Below, one piece after another: positions 46,395-57,387 of a stretch of DNA of 64,000 nucleotides (position 1 is the first letter of the stretch; each line of letters starts with the position of its first letter). The position numbers and the translations under genes are program-made. Origin of the DNA: Macrostomum lignano (Eukaryota); the NCBI GenBank assembly GCA_002269645.1, contig NIVC01001176.1:124001-188000 (forward strand), given 5' to 3'. The notes under the pieces are model-generated. The model was not told the origin of the DNA. It saw only the letters and a list, made by a program, of their open reading frames with translations, and made no database searches.

Positions 46395-49182
46395 CTGGTT
46401 TTACCACTGCTCGCACGATGGGCGCTGCTGCTCGCACGATGGGCGCTGCTGCTGCTGCTCGCACGATGGGCGCTGCTGCTCGCACGATGGGCGCTGCTGC
46501 TCGCACGACGGGCGCTGCTGCTCCAATCAGCAGCTGCTGCTGCGGGTCCAATGACTGGGCAGATTGGCCGACTGGCGCTGTCGCAAATGAAGTGGTGAAG
46601 ACCGTGGCTGCTGCAGACCTCGAGGGTGCCGCCATTGACGATCCCACGGCATGCTGTAAATTAGGCTGAATGGTGAGCGCTGACTTAGGTGAAGCAGCCA
46701 GGCGTTGAATTCCTGCGTTTAACCAGTAGATAGTTTCGCAAGGTTTCTGCAGTCCATCACATAAAGTACATGTAAGTATCAGTAGAGGCAGCAGCATTTT
46801 TGGTCTTACTGTCGGCTGACATTCTAATAAAATATTTTCCAACAGTAGCGCCGATGGGTGGTGGATGACCAATTCGCTTGTTAACGATGACGCTCCGCGA
46901 CGATACTGCTGCTGTATCGTTCAGGCTGTTGCGCACGGGCGTGTGAACATTTGCCACTCTCGATGCCGGCTCAGCAATTGGACTGGCACTTCGAACTGAA
47001 CCGAAACCCTGCAGAAATGAAGTGGCGTAAACTGAGCAATGCGAAGGTAACGCACCAAGTAAGTAAGGTAAGACTGTAGAATAAAAAAGGCTTACAGTGC
47101 CTTCATCCATAGCGTCCAAGTCAATATCAATTTCGATTCCAATACTCTTAAGCCGATAAACAAGACGTCCTCTGGTGAACTCTTCCAACAGTGGTAAAAA
47201 TTCGAGCATAGACTTGGAGCAGCCGCCAAGCACATCGCGCCTCACTGTCCGGTGGTACACCTCGACACTTCCTTCGCTGTTACGGAAGTCACGCGTGAAT
47301 GTAGTGCCAGTGAAGTAGCGCTGCGCGTCAACCATCATTCCACTAAAGAGTGGAAAATAGGCATACATGTCAACAACACGTTTTGCCAATTTCTCGTTCA
47401 CATACGCACTCTGTATAGCCATGGCGCGATCATGGCCACGTTGACAGTCAGCCTTGATTTGCTGCAGTAAAAGAGTCGCGTGCGCGAAGAACTGCGACGA
47501 GTCACGAATTTTTGCCGAAGGCTCTGCTCCAATTTGAGAAAATTCACATTCGTCTTCGACGTCAGTTGTTTTTATCTTCACCAGACAAGAGGGCTTCAAT
47601 TACGGGTTGCGCCTCTCGAGCATCGATCTGAAGCAAAACAAACAAAAACTTTGCAGATGGCGCCGACCTTCAGCCGCATCTTGACTTGCCACAATGTTGG
47701 CAAAGCCACGCATGTACACTTTACGAATTGCAGGTTCTGCGCATTTTACTTCCTGCCAATTGCGAAATTCGTTAATGACATGGCTCCGGCCAAGGACAAT
47801 TGCAGTGCGCTGCTTAACTTGCTCCAATGTTGCTCTTAAAAATTTTGGCACTCCTGCTTGGCCGTTGGCTGACTCTAGGCTGATCAGGTAGCACCATCGA
47901 ATGTACTCCTTAATATCAAGACCGCAGAATACTCTGATGAGGGAATGCAGCGTAGGCCAGTTGAAATCGGTAACGATTTTCGCTATTCTTAGCTTTCCAC
48001 AACCAGGAACTTGCTCTAAATCTTGACGCCATTTAGCTAACATGCAAAGCAGTTGAGCTGTTGTGTGGTGACACGATACCACATCAAGGACGGATACTTG
48101 ACTCAATCCTTTGCCTGGATCACCTGGAAGTACAAGAGCGTAGTGGTACAACGCCTTGTCTGGCATCCCACCAGGCCAATGGCAGATCGAAGCTCCAGTT
48201 GAGTCTATGACTAGATTGATGGGGATCTTTGAACGTTTCATCGTCTGCAAAAGTTCCGCCACCAACTTCACGTGACATAAGTTGAACACTGACGGAGTGG
48301 GGCCATCAAATTCAATCTTGACGTAAGAGCGAAGACGTTCATCATTTTGAACTTTGAGCTGCATGTTATGTACATCACTGTCCTGGCATTGCTTCTCTTT
48401 AGACTTTTCGTAGTTTCTGATGTTCAGTAGCGTTCTTTGGGACGGAATCTGCCGGAAATCATCGACAGACGCGGCAATAGATGCTTGAGCTGCAGCAATG
48501 GATCCCGTCTTGGTTTTCGCCTTAACTGCAGAGTCACGCACCTTTCCTGCGATGAGTGGGTGGGCGCTGGGCCCAACTTTTTGAAGAACACAGAGACCTC
48601 ACCTCGAGTGACAACTGTCCAAATGCCAGGACATCTAGATTTATTTGTAGGCAGGATTCCTCTGCAGCTCAGCGTGTACTGCGCAATATTGTTATTCGTA
48701 AATTTACTGCGTACAATAACCAGGCTGCAGTTGTGCAAAATTCGATTCTGCAATTCTGAAATCACTGCGTTGGTAAATTTCTTTGTAGCTTGTTGGCGAA
48801 TGACTGCATCTTGGTTGCTATGTATTTGCTGCCAGAGGCTATTAAGGCCTTCTAGTTGGATGGGTGGCCATGTCGGTTCCTCAGAGTCTTCAAGCAAAGC
48901 ATCATTGACAGCTTCAGGCTCTTCCATGATTTCACATTCAAGCAGGACTTCTTTGGCTGCATCAAGAACACGACGTCTATTCTGCTGCAAATCGCACCTG
49001 ATGATTTTTATATCGCTTTCCGTGTACGCGGACTCACTTAAAGAGTTCATTTCATGTAAGAGCCTGTCGAAAACCTTTGAGCGAGCAACACCAGATTCGT
49101 GCATGAGAGCATCAATTGTAACAGCATCTTTAAGATTTTTCAGCGCTCGCAGAAAATCATCACGACGCACACAGCTGCGCTC
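46395..49182 (-). pseudogene. NOF/MULE-type DDE transposase, disrupted
   Basis: Motifs NLVIDSTG, LYHYALV, SCHHTTAQL, IAKIVTDFNWPTLHSLIRVF, LGRSHVINEF, YAYFPLFSG and NSEGSVEVYHRTVRRDVLG fit the NOF-like MULE pattern (D.TG; IVTDFS; C..H; FPLWS; SN..VE). Acceptor TTTCAG before 49182; frameshift near 48540, stop at 47600, frame change near 46800. Confidence 0.8.
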
Positions 49183-49519
49183 CTGAAAGTGCAATGTACA
49201 GGCTCCATGTTATTTCAGACAAAAATGCTTATCAACAAAATAACAGCAGCTGTTAGGATGAAGTCCTGCATTTCATCCTAGATTTTCACAGCATCAACTA
49301 ACCTTCAGCGAATTCTATATGGAACTTAAAACAATGAGATCAGAAGCATAGACTATGAAGAAAAAGAATTTCATGGCTTTCATAACAGCAGGATGAGCTA
49401 AAATTTAGCAAATTGTTTACTAAGCATAAATTTACTGGGATCTCTTCTATGACGTCATAAGAAACAATGAATGAATAATGCATTAAACTTAAAATTTAGT
49501 TGAATAACTTAATGTTAAT

Positions 49520-51399
49520 GTTTTAGGTCCCTAACAGAGGCTAGCAATAAAAACAAATGCAGAAAACACAATTGAATCTGTATATTGTGCCAGTAGCTAA
49601 ATTGACTTTTTCTGAACTAAATGCTAAGCCCACTGACTGTTTAAAATAAAATCAATCAATATTTAGTGGTAAATAGTATATGCCAATTGTGCTTTTAGGT
49701 CCCTGATAAAGGCTAGCAATGAAAATACAGAAAACACAATTGAACATGTATATTGTGCCAGTAGCTAAACTGACTTTTTCTGAACTAAATGCTAAGCCCA
49801 CTGACTGTTTAAAATAAAATCAATCAATATTTAGTGGTAAATAGTATATGCCAATTGTGCTTTTAGGTCCCTGATAAACGCTAGCAATGAAAATACAGAA
49901 AACACAATTGAATCTGTATATTGTGCCAGTAGCTAAACTGACTTTTTCTGAACTAAATGCTAAGTCCACTGACTGTTTAAAATAAAATCAATCAATATTT
50001 AGTGGTAAATAGTATATGCCAATTGTGCTTTTAGGTCCCTGATAAAGGCTAGCAATGAAAACACAGAAAACACAATTGAATCTGTATATTGTGGCAGTAG
50101 CTAAATTGACTTTTTTGAACTAAATGCTAAGCCCACTGACTGTTTAAAATAAAATCAATCAATCAATATTTAGTGGTAAATAGTACATGCCAATTGTGCT
50201 TTTAGGTCCCTGATAAAGGCTAGCAATGAAAACACAGAAAACACAATTGAATCTATATATATTAAAGAAGTTTAAAATTTGGATATTTGGGGGCATTGGC
50301 TAACATAAGCATAAGTTAGCTACTATTGCTCTTCTGTATTACTTTATATAAGCAAGAGCACTGTTTATCAAAGCAGATGTCCCCATATAACATGTTAAAC
50401 TCAAATGAATATAGATAGGAGCCAAAGAATAGCTAGGCCCCTAATCTATATATTAAACTGCATTAGAATATATGTCTAACATTGATATTTATAATTATAC
50501 TGTTGATTTATTTTAATGTCAATATTTACTGTAATTTAATAGGCAATGCTTTGCTTTAGTAGTATTTAAATCAACGAATGAGTGCTTGGAGAGTTTACAA
50601 GTTATGCTAGACTAGGCAAGGTTGGAAGAGTCTTAATATTAATATAAGTAGGTCTATAGATAATGAAAAGCTTTTACAACATGTCCTAACATACATACAT
50701 TCTTGTGCTAAAAGTGACATTGCAGATTCATTTCAGCAATAATGTACTAAGAATAAGTGAATAACCACAAGTAAAGTAAATCATATTGCTAAGAGTACAA
50801 TCATTATTTACTTACTATTTAATTACTAACTAATTAGCAATCACTATCTACATACTAACTATTTATTATTTCACTTTTAGTGATATTTACGCTCACTTAA
50901 TTGCTCAAGTATGCAATAGACAATATGTGTTTAATCACATGATGCAACACAGGTTCGAAGAATCCAATACCATACCATATATACAGTAGTTAGTGATCAA
51001 CCTCAACTGCTCGGCGAGCCTTGCAGTGGTCTTGCGCACGGAATTTAAATGGGTGCTAATTTTGTTAAAGTTATAAATATTCCATTGATATTTACAAACT
51101 TTGTAGAACATATAAATCAAATCGGATTAGTATGCATGGTTGCGCAATGATTAGTGAATAGAAATTACAGAAGCTCAATACATGCGCAATCTCTGCTGCG
51201 ATTAAAATTTGATCACTCCCTTTTCACTCCATTATAAGAACACAAAAACTTTTTTTTCTCCCTTATTTTAGCACGTCTAGGCCGGTGATTGTGTGCGCAA
51301 AGGTTATATAACTTGCGCAATCGTTTATTTATTTATTTTCACTGTTTCAGTTTCATCATTTTTGGGCGTGAAATCTGAGGCGTGAATTCAGTAGTTAGT
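49520..51399 (-). repeat. Right TIR (~4.4 copies of the 168-bp unit plus ~1.15 kb unique)
   Basis: Mirror of the left TIR; unit recurs near 49570, 49737, 49905, 50073 and 50244. Confidence 0.93.
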
Positions 51400-52589
51400 G
51401 CGTTCGAGTGGCTTAAATAACTTAAAATGAGTTTAAGCACCCGAGTGGCATCGATTTTATCGGGAGTAGATGTACCATTTTTTACCGATGTTATCGGGTT
51501 GAAAACATGGCGGGAATGTCGGCAACATGTCATCATCCCGATATAATCGGGGCATAATGCTTTTAAATTGAGCATGTTTTGCGTTTATTTGAATTTCACG
51601 TTGCTAAATGTATAGAACTGGCCTAGCGTATTCATTTGCATAAAATATATATTATGCTTGTGCTTCATGTGTTTGAAACTTTACTCGAGGTCAAGGCTCC
51701 CCTCAGTGTGGAGAGTTTTTGTATACAGGCTACAGGTTTTTATAACTATGACAAATATTAATTAATGCTTTTACTTGGGTGCTTTTACAAATTCATCATC
51801 ATTTACTCTAACCAATAAAATATTAATATTATTAATGTTACCTAAGAGTGACAAGCTGCAAAACTTCTTCAAGTTAGGCCTACCTAAAAATTGTTTGAAA
51901 CCTTTAGACCAAAATAGGAAGAATTGATTTTAATTTATTGTCTATATATTTGATTATTTCTGCAAAATTCTTAAATTCTTAAATTCTTCTAGACCTTATA
52001 GAAGACTTCTTTCCTTAATTTATATTAGGAAAACTTTTGAAATATTAATATGGTCATGGATTAACTTAACTATAGCTAAAAACTTTGAAAAGGAAGACAG
52101 AATAGGAGTCTAGACTATAGTCCTAGAAGGGGACAGATAGGGTGTATCTATATTATATTGTCCTTTTATTGTCTATACTACCAATATATTCCTTATCCTT
52201 ATGCTAGGCTCCTACTCTCTATATCCCTATATCCTCCTTGCCTTCCTTGCCTTCCTACTAGCCCCCTAACCTCTCCTAACCTAAGGATTCCCATATCCTT
52301 ATTGCTCTCCTACTAGGCTTTTATCCTCTATACCTTCTATATATTTTTCCTTACCCTATTGCTAGGTTCTAATCCACCAAACACTATGCCCTCATTATCC
52401 TCTATATCCTCCTTTCCCATCTACTGGGTCTTACCTTCTATAATATATATCCTCTTGACCTCTTATCCTCTTGCTGGCTCCTATCCTCCATATCCTCAAT
52501 ATCCTTCTCTTTTTACTAGGCTCCTACCCTCTATAGTCTATACCCTCCTTACCCTCCTTCCCCACCTGCTGGCTCCTACCTTCCATATC

Positions 52590-53960
52590 TTCTTATTCTC
52601 TTGCTAGGCTCCTACCCTCCATGCCTTCCATACCCTCTATGTCTCCTCCTAGGCTCCTTTCCTCTATGCCTTCCATGTCCTCCATGTCTCTACTCTCCTA
52701 GGCTCCTACCCTCCATGTCCTTCTTACCCTCCATACCCTCCATGCCCTCCATACCCTCCATGCCTCATAGGTTCTTACCCTCCATGCCCTCCATACCCTC
52801 CATGCCTCCTAGGCTCCTACCCTCCATGCCCTCTATACCCTCCATGCCTCCTAGTCTCCTACCATCCATGCCCTCCATACCCTCCATGCCCTCTATACCC
52901 TCCATACCCTCCTTGTCCTCCTACCCTCTATACCCTCTTATCCTCCTGCTAGGCTCTTACCCTCCATGCCCTCCATGCCTCATAGGTTCTTACCCTCCAT
53001 GCCCTCCATACCCTCCATGCCTCCTAGGCTCCTACCCTCCATGCTCTCTATACCCTCCATGCCCTCTATACCCTCCATACCCTCCTTGTCCTCCTACCCT
53101 CTATACCCTCTTATCCTCCTGCTAGGCTCTTACCCTCCATGCCCTCCATACCCTCCATGCCTCCTCCTAGGCTCCTACCCTCCATGCCGTTCTTACCCTC
53201 CATGCCTCCTAGGTTCTTACCCTCCATGCCCTCTATACCCTCCATACCCTCCTTGCCCTCCTACCCTCCATACCCTCTTATCCTCCTGCTAGGCTCTTAC
53301 CCTCCATGCCCTCCATACCCTCCATGCCTCCTCCTAGGCTCCTACCCTCCATGCCCTCCATACCCTCCTAGCCCTCCTACCCTCCATACCCTCTTATCCT
53401 CCTGCTAGGCTCTTACCCTCCATGCCCTCCATGCCTCCTCCTAGGCTCCTACCCTCCATGCCGTTCTTACCCTCCATGCCTCCTAGGTTCTTACCCTCCA
53501 TGCCCTCTATACCCTCCATACCCTCCATGCCCTTCTTACCCTCCATACCCTCCTTGTCCTCCTACCCTCCATACCCTCTTACCCCCTCCTAGGCTCCTAC
53601 CCTCCATGCCCTCCATACCCTCCATGCCTCCTCCTTGGCTCCTACCCTCCATACCCTCCATGCCTCCTCCTAGGCTCCTACCCTCCATGCCCTCCATACC
53701 CTCCATACCCTCTTACCACCCTGCTAGACTCCTACCCTCCATACCCTCCATGCCTCCTCTTAGGCTCCTACCCTCCATGCCCTCAATACCCTCCATACCC
53801 TCCTTGCCTCCTCCTAGAGTCCTAGGCTCCTACCCTCCATGCCCTCCATACCCTCCTTTCCCTCCTTGCCCTCCTTGCCCTCCTTACTCTCCTGCTAGCC
53901 TCCTACCCTCTATGCCTCTATCCTCCTTGCACCTGCCTTTCCCCCTACCCTCCATACCCC
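52590..53960. repeat. C/T-rich low-complexity tandem repeat (CCCTCCAT[G/A], CTAGGCTCCTAC)
   Basis: Degenerate 9-bp-based array, probably intronic upstream of the KDZ exon at 54053. Confidence 0.9.
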
Positions 53961-54052
53961 CCTCCATCTCCCCCGGCCCCAACCCCCATATCCTTCATAG
54001 CCTCCTTGCCGCAGCTCTTTTATCTTACATGCTTCTATCCTATTTGTTCCAG

Positions 54053-57000
54053 GGTCGTCCGAGCAAGCGACTTAAAGTGTGCATTAATGGGCGCACTGTA
54101 TATCTGCAGAGCATCAGAAAGCAGTCTATAATTAGCGCCCTACCTCTTGCGCAGTCGCAACTCTCTGTTCCTAATGCTACACGTGATGGTCCTTCCAGTC
54201 AGTCTGAATTTAGTCAGGATCCGACTTCTGAAATCCGTGAAGACTGCGACTGGGAGGCTCTGAATCCGAATTCAGAGCCAGACGTATTGGCGGCATTTAT
54301 GCACTTCTTTAAGGATAGACGTGGACGGTGTGCTGAATGTTCGCAGGATGCCAACGTATACTGCCCACAGTGTGCGGATTATTTCTGCTCTGTTTGTGTT
54401 GACACTCGTCATCTTGGCCTTGTGCACACCATTCTTAAAGTAAGCCTTAATTTATGTTAAACGCTCTGACCACTTATAGGAACGAGAGATGCAGAATGCG
54501 GAAAAATATACTTTTTATTTAGTGGCACATATCAGTTTTATCGTCAAGCTAATTACAATTCATCTACGGGCTATGCATAAAAGTAAGCAGGGTCTTATCC
54601 TTTAATGCCTATTTAAGGATGGAACTCCTCTAAATCAAGCTGTGACCCTAGCGTGCGGCTGCTCCGATGAAGCGGTGTTTGGAGACGTTCAGATTGTCGA
54701 CGCCTATGGAGGTGAGATTGTAAAATCTATTTATACTTTTGTTATTACATTTTTGTTAGACCGAGCTCAAATCAATGAACCAGTCACCTCTTAATTAATA
54801 CAATTTAGGGTACCATACAGCCTGCTTGAAGTCTTGCACACTGCAGCACTATCGATCATTCCTTGTCAGCCGTGGTTTCTTTCCTGCTGCACCTACTAGT
54901 GCTACATTCATATCTTGTGAACTGCTACTTAACTTGGATTCTATTATGATAAATGGGATCACATCTTTGGACAAAGCTTGTGCGACTATACAAAATCGCC
55001 GATTAGCTTTTGGGCAGCATCCGCAGGTATGCTTGTGCAGTACTTATTGGTAATTGAAAGTAGTGAGTTTTATTTATGTTCTCTGCAGTATAATCCGTTA
55101 TTGTATATACTTAAGGTGTTAAATTCCCATTATTTGAGATATCATCAGCGTCAATCCGAATTTTTCAGCGAGATCTCTATTACGATTTGAAACGCTATAA
55201 CACTATTGGCTACTTTCGACAGTTCATGTCGTCCATTGTAAAGTTTCCAACAAGCTGCGCAATGTGTAGGACGGGCGATTTGGTGAGAGCTTATTCAGAT
55301 TTTGCAATGTGTGCTATGCTACTTAAACTATTTTTAGTATCCTTGAGGTTAATTTTTAATATTCCAACTATCTCAAACTATGTGCATAATTGTTTTTCCT
55401 TTTCAGGGCCCAATCCTGCACGGAGATGCCCTGATGGGCTGGAAACATCGAGCCTCAGTTGCACCTGGCTTGGCCTCTGTGCCTATTGGTGATCTTCCTT
55501 TTCCGTTTGCGCATGTCGATGTCGCATCTGAAAATATTGCGCCTGCGAGCGGTGCGTGTCCAAACTGGACAGCAGGCGAAACGTCTCGCGTTACTACGAG
55601 TTCTAGGAAGCTGGACGTAACAGGCTTTTTCATCGTAGCCTGTCGCCACGGTTTCATTTGGGCCTGCTCTGATGTGCGCACTCCCGGAGAGCAGTAAGAC
55701 TTTTTATTCGACTCATGCATTTATTTTTCATTTTTGCTCCGTTGTCCTTATTTAAAAATGAAACTTGGCAACACATCTTTAGGCTTGTCTACCCTGTCAA
55801 GCTCCTTAAAGCCGCTGTGCAGCGCATCGGTGTACCAGAAGAAGCTGTGACATTTGTCTATGATGTCGCATGCAAACTCGGCAACAAAGTCACTTCAAAG
55901 TTGGCCGTACCAGTTTTTCATGCATACGGTCACGAGTCTAAGTGTCGCGTGAGTCTTTACCATTTTACTCATAGCATTTTGTGGGCATTCTTTTGTGTTC
56001 ATAGCTTTAATCAGCCCCAAATAATTTAAAAGAGCTTTTCATGTTAGTCGGTGTTGTCATTTTGCGGGCTTCTCAGTTTAGTTCTGAATAAATTTTTAAT
56101 AAATTTTTTCCTCTCAGCTCAACAACTCCATCCGCGTCGTGTCTGGCACTGGTATCACAGACGGAGAAATCTGCGAGCGCATATTCTCCTTTCTGCGTCC
56201 TTTCGGGCGAATCTTGAAAGAAATGCGCATTGACCGTCGTACACGGCTTGTCTCACACATTATTAACATGTATCATCTGCGTCTTAACCCGGGTGCGCAT
56301 CAAGCTTTCAGTCAAAATAAGAATAGCTGATTTTTCATAAGGTTTTAAGTTTCTAGCTAACATTCACATTTTATTACTGTAGATGCATGGATAGAGTCAC
56401 GACAGAAGCTTCTGGAGAAGAAGGATCAGCTCGTCATTCAACATGTTAATGAAATAAATCGACTTCAGCCCCGGCACGGTAAGTGATTTTTCTTTCAATA
56501 TCCTCCCATCAGAATACTCGAAAATTCAGTTTTTTCTACCTACGTTTTTTGCCTTACAGAGCTTAGTCTTCAACAATTAATTTCACTGGGAGAAAAATGG
56601 CTTTGCGAAGATGCAATCGCTTCCGCTCTGCGGTCAGGAGATTGGCTCCAAAGCATGCGTCGAATGGTGGTCGAAGAACGGAAAGTTCTCAAAGAGCTTC
56701 ATCGAACAATTGGTGTGTAAGCTCCTATTGGAACATAAACATCTTCCTTTGAAAGGAAAGAAATTAAATTTGAATACAAAGAGATAGTATAATAGTACTT
56801 TATTGAAGATAAAGGATAGTATTCTTGCTATCCTATTTGAAATCCCCTCAATGACCCACATGACCCCCCTCCCAGCTGGCGTGACCCTCCAGACCAAAAT
56901 CTTGCTACGCCACTGACAGGTATGAGATATGAAGTAGCAAAGTAAGAAAACAGTTAATAAAATCACTTGCTCGATTGCCCGATAACGTATCAGCTATCTT

Positions 57001-57387
57001 CACAAGTAGGCCACATTATTTCCATTGCATTTACCAGGCATCCATCAGTATCGACTGCTGTTGCGCAAGGCCAAGAAGCTGGAACTGGAGATGAATCAAC
57101 TTCGGTCTCTCAACGGAAACCAGTATTCAATAGCAACGCTTCGAGACACGACTTCGGAAGCATACTCACGATTGGACCGCCACGTCAGCCGCCGGTTTCC
57201 AATTCCTGTCCAGCTTTTGGTCATTGAGGTTTACATCCTTTCCATTCGTTCTACCGAGGAGCGCCGTCGAGTCAATGCTGAGCAGAGCAGCCTGATGACC
57301 AAAACCGAAAGCGTTTGTGACTTCCCAGAATACTTCAGTGAAAGCTCCTCTAGCTTCTCTGGTGTATCCGATTCCGAAGACGAGTAG
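54053..57387 (+). CDS. KDZ (Kyakuja-Dileera-Zisupton) transposase with N-terminal CxC zinc domain; exons 54053-54439, 54618-54711, 54809-55026, 55169-55282, 55407-55693, 55783-55948, 56118-56292, 56383-56478, 56560-56712, 57038-57387 (first exon not located)
   Basis: CAEC...YCPQC..YFCSVC...RH...H; LVSRGFFPAAP; CAMC; LHGDA; KLDVTGFFIVACRHG...PGE; FVYDVACK; AVPVFHAYGHESKC; GTGITDGEICERIFS. Ten exons splice GT-AG with matching phases to 2040 nt with no internal stop. Confidence 0.85.

Larger units (their letters stand above)
40341..51399. mobile_element. Mutator-superfamily Foldback/NOF-like DNA transposon, full length (11,059 bp)
   Basis: Perfect 9-bp TSD GCGTTCGAG at 40332-40340 and 51400-51408; TIRs start ACTAACTACTGAATTC and end GAATTCAGTAGTTAGT; long modular TIRs; internal DDE transposase. 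Confidence 0.92.

Noticed and set aside
52359-54052. Pro/Ser-rich ORFs, including the 5' part of 53606-54460
   Set aside because: They come from the C/T-rich low-complexity array; coding sequence starts at the acceptor before 54053.
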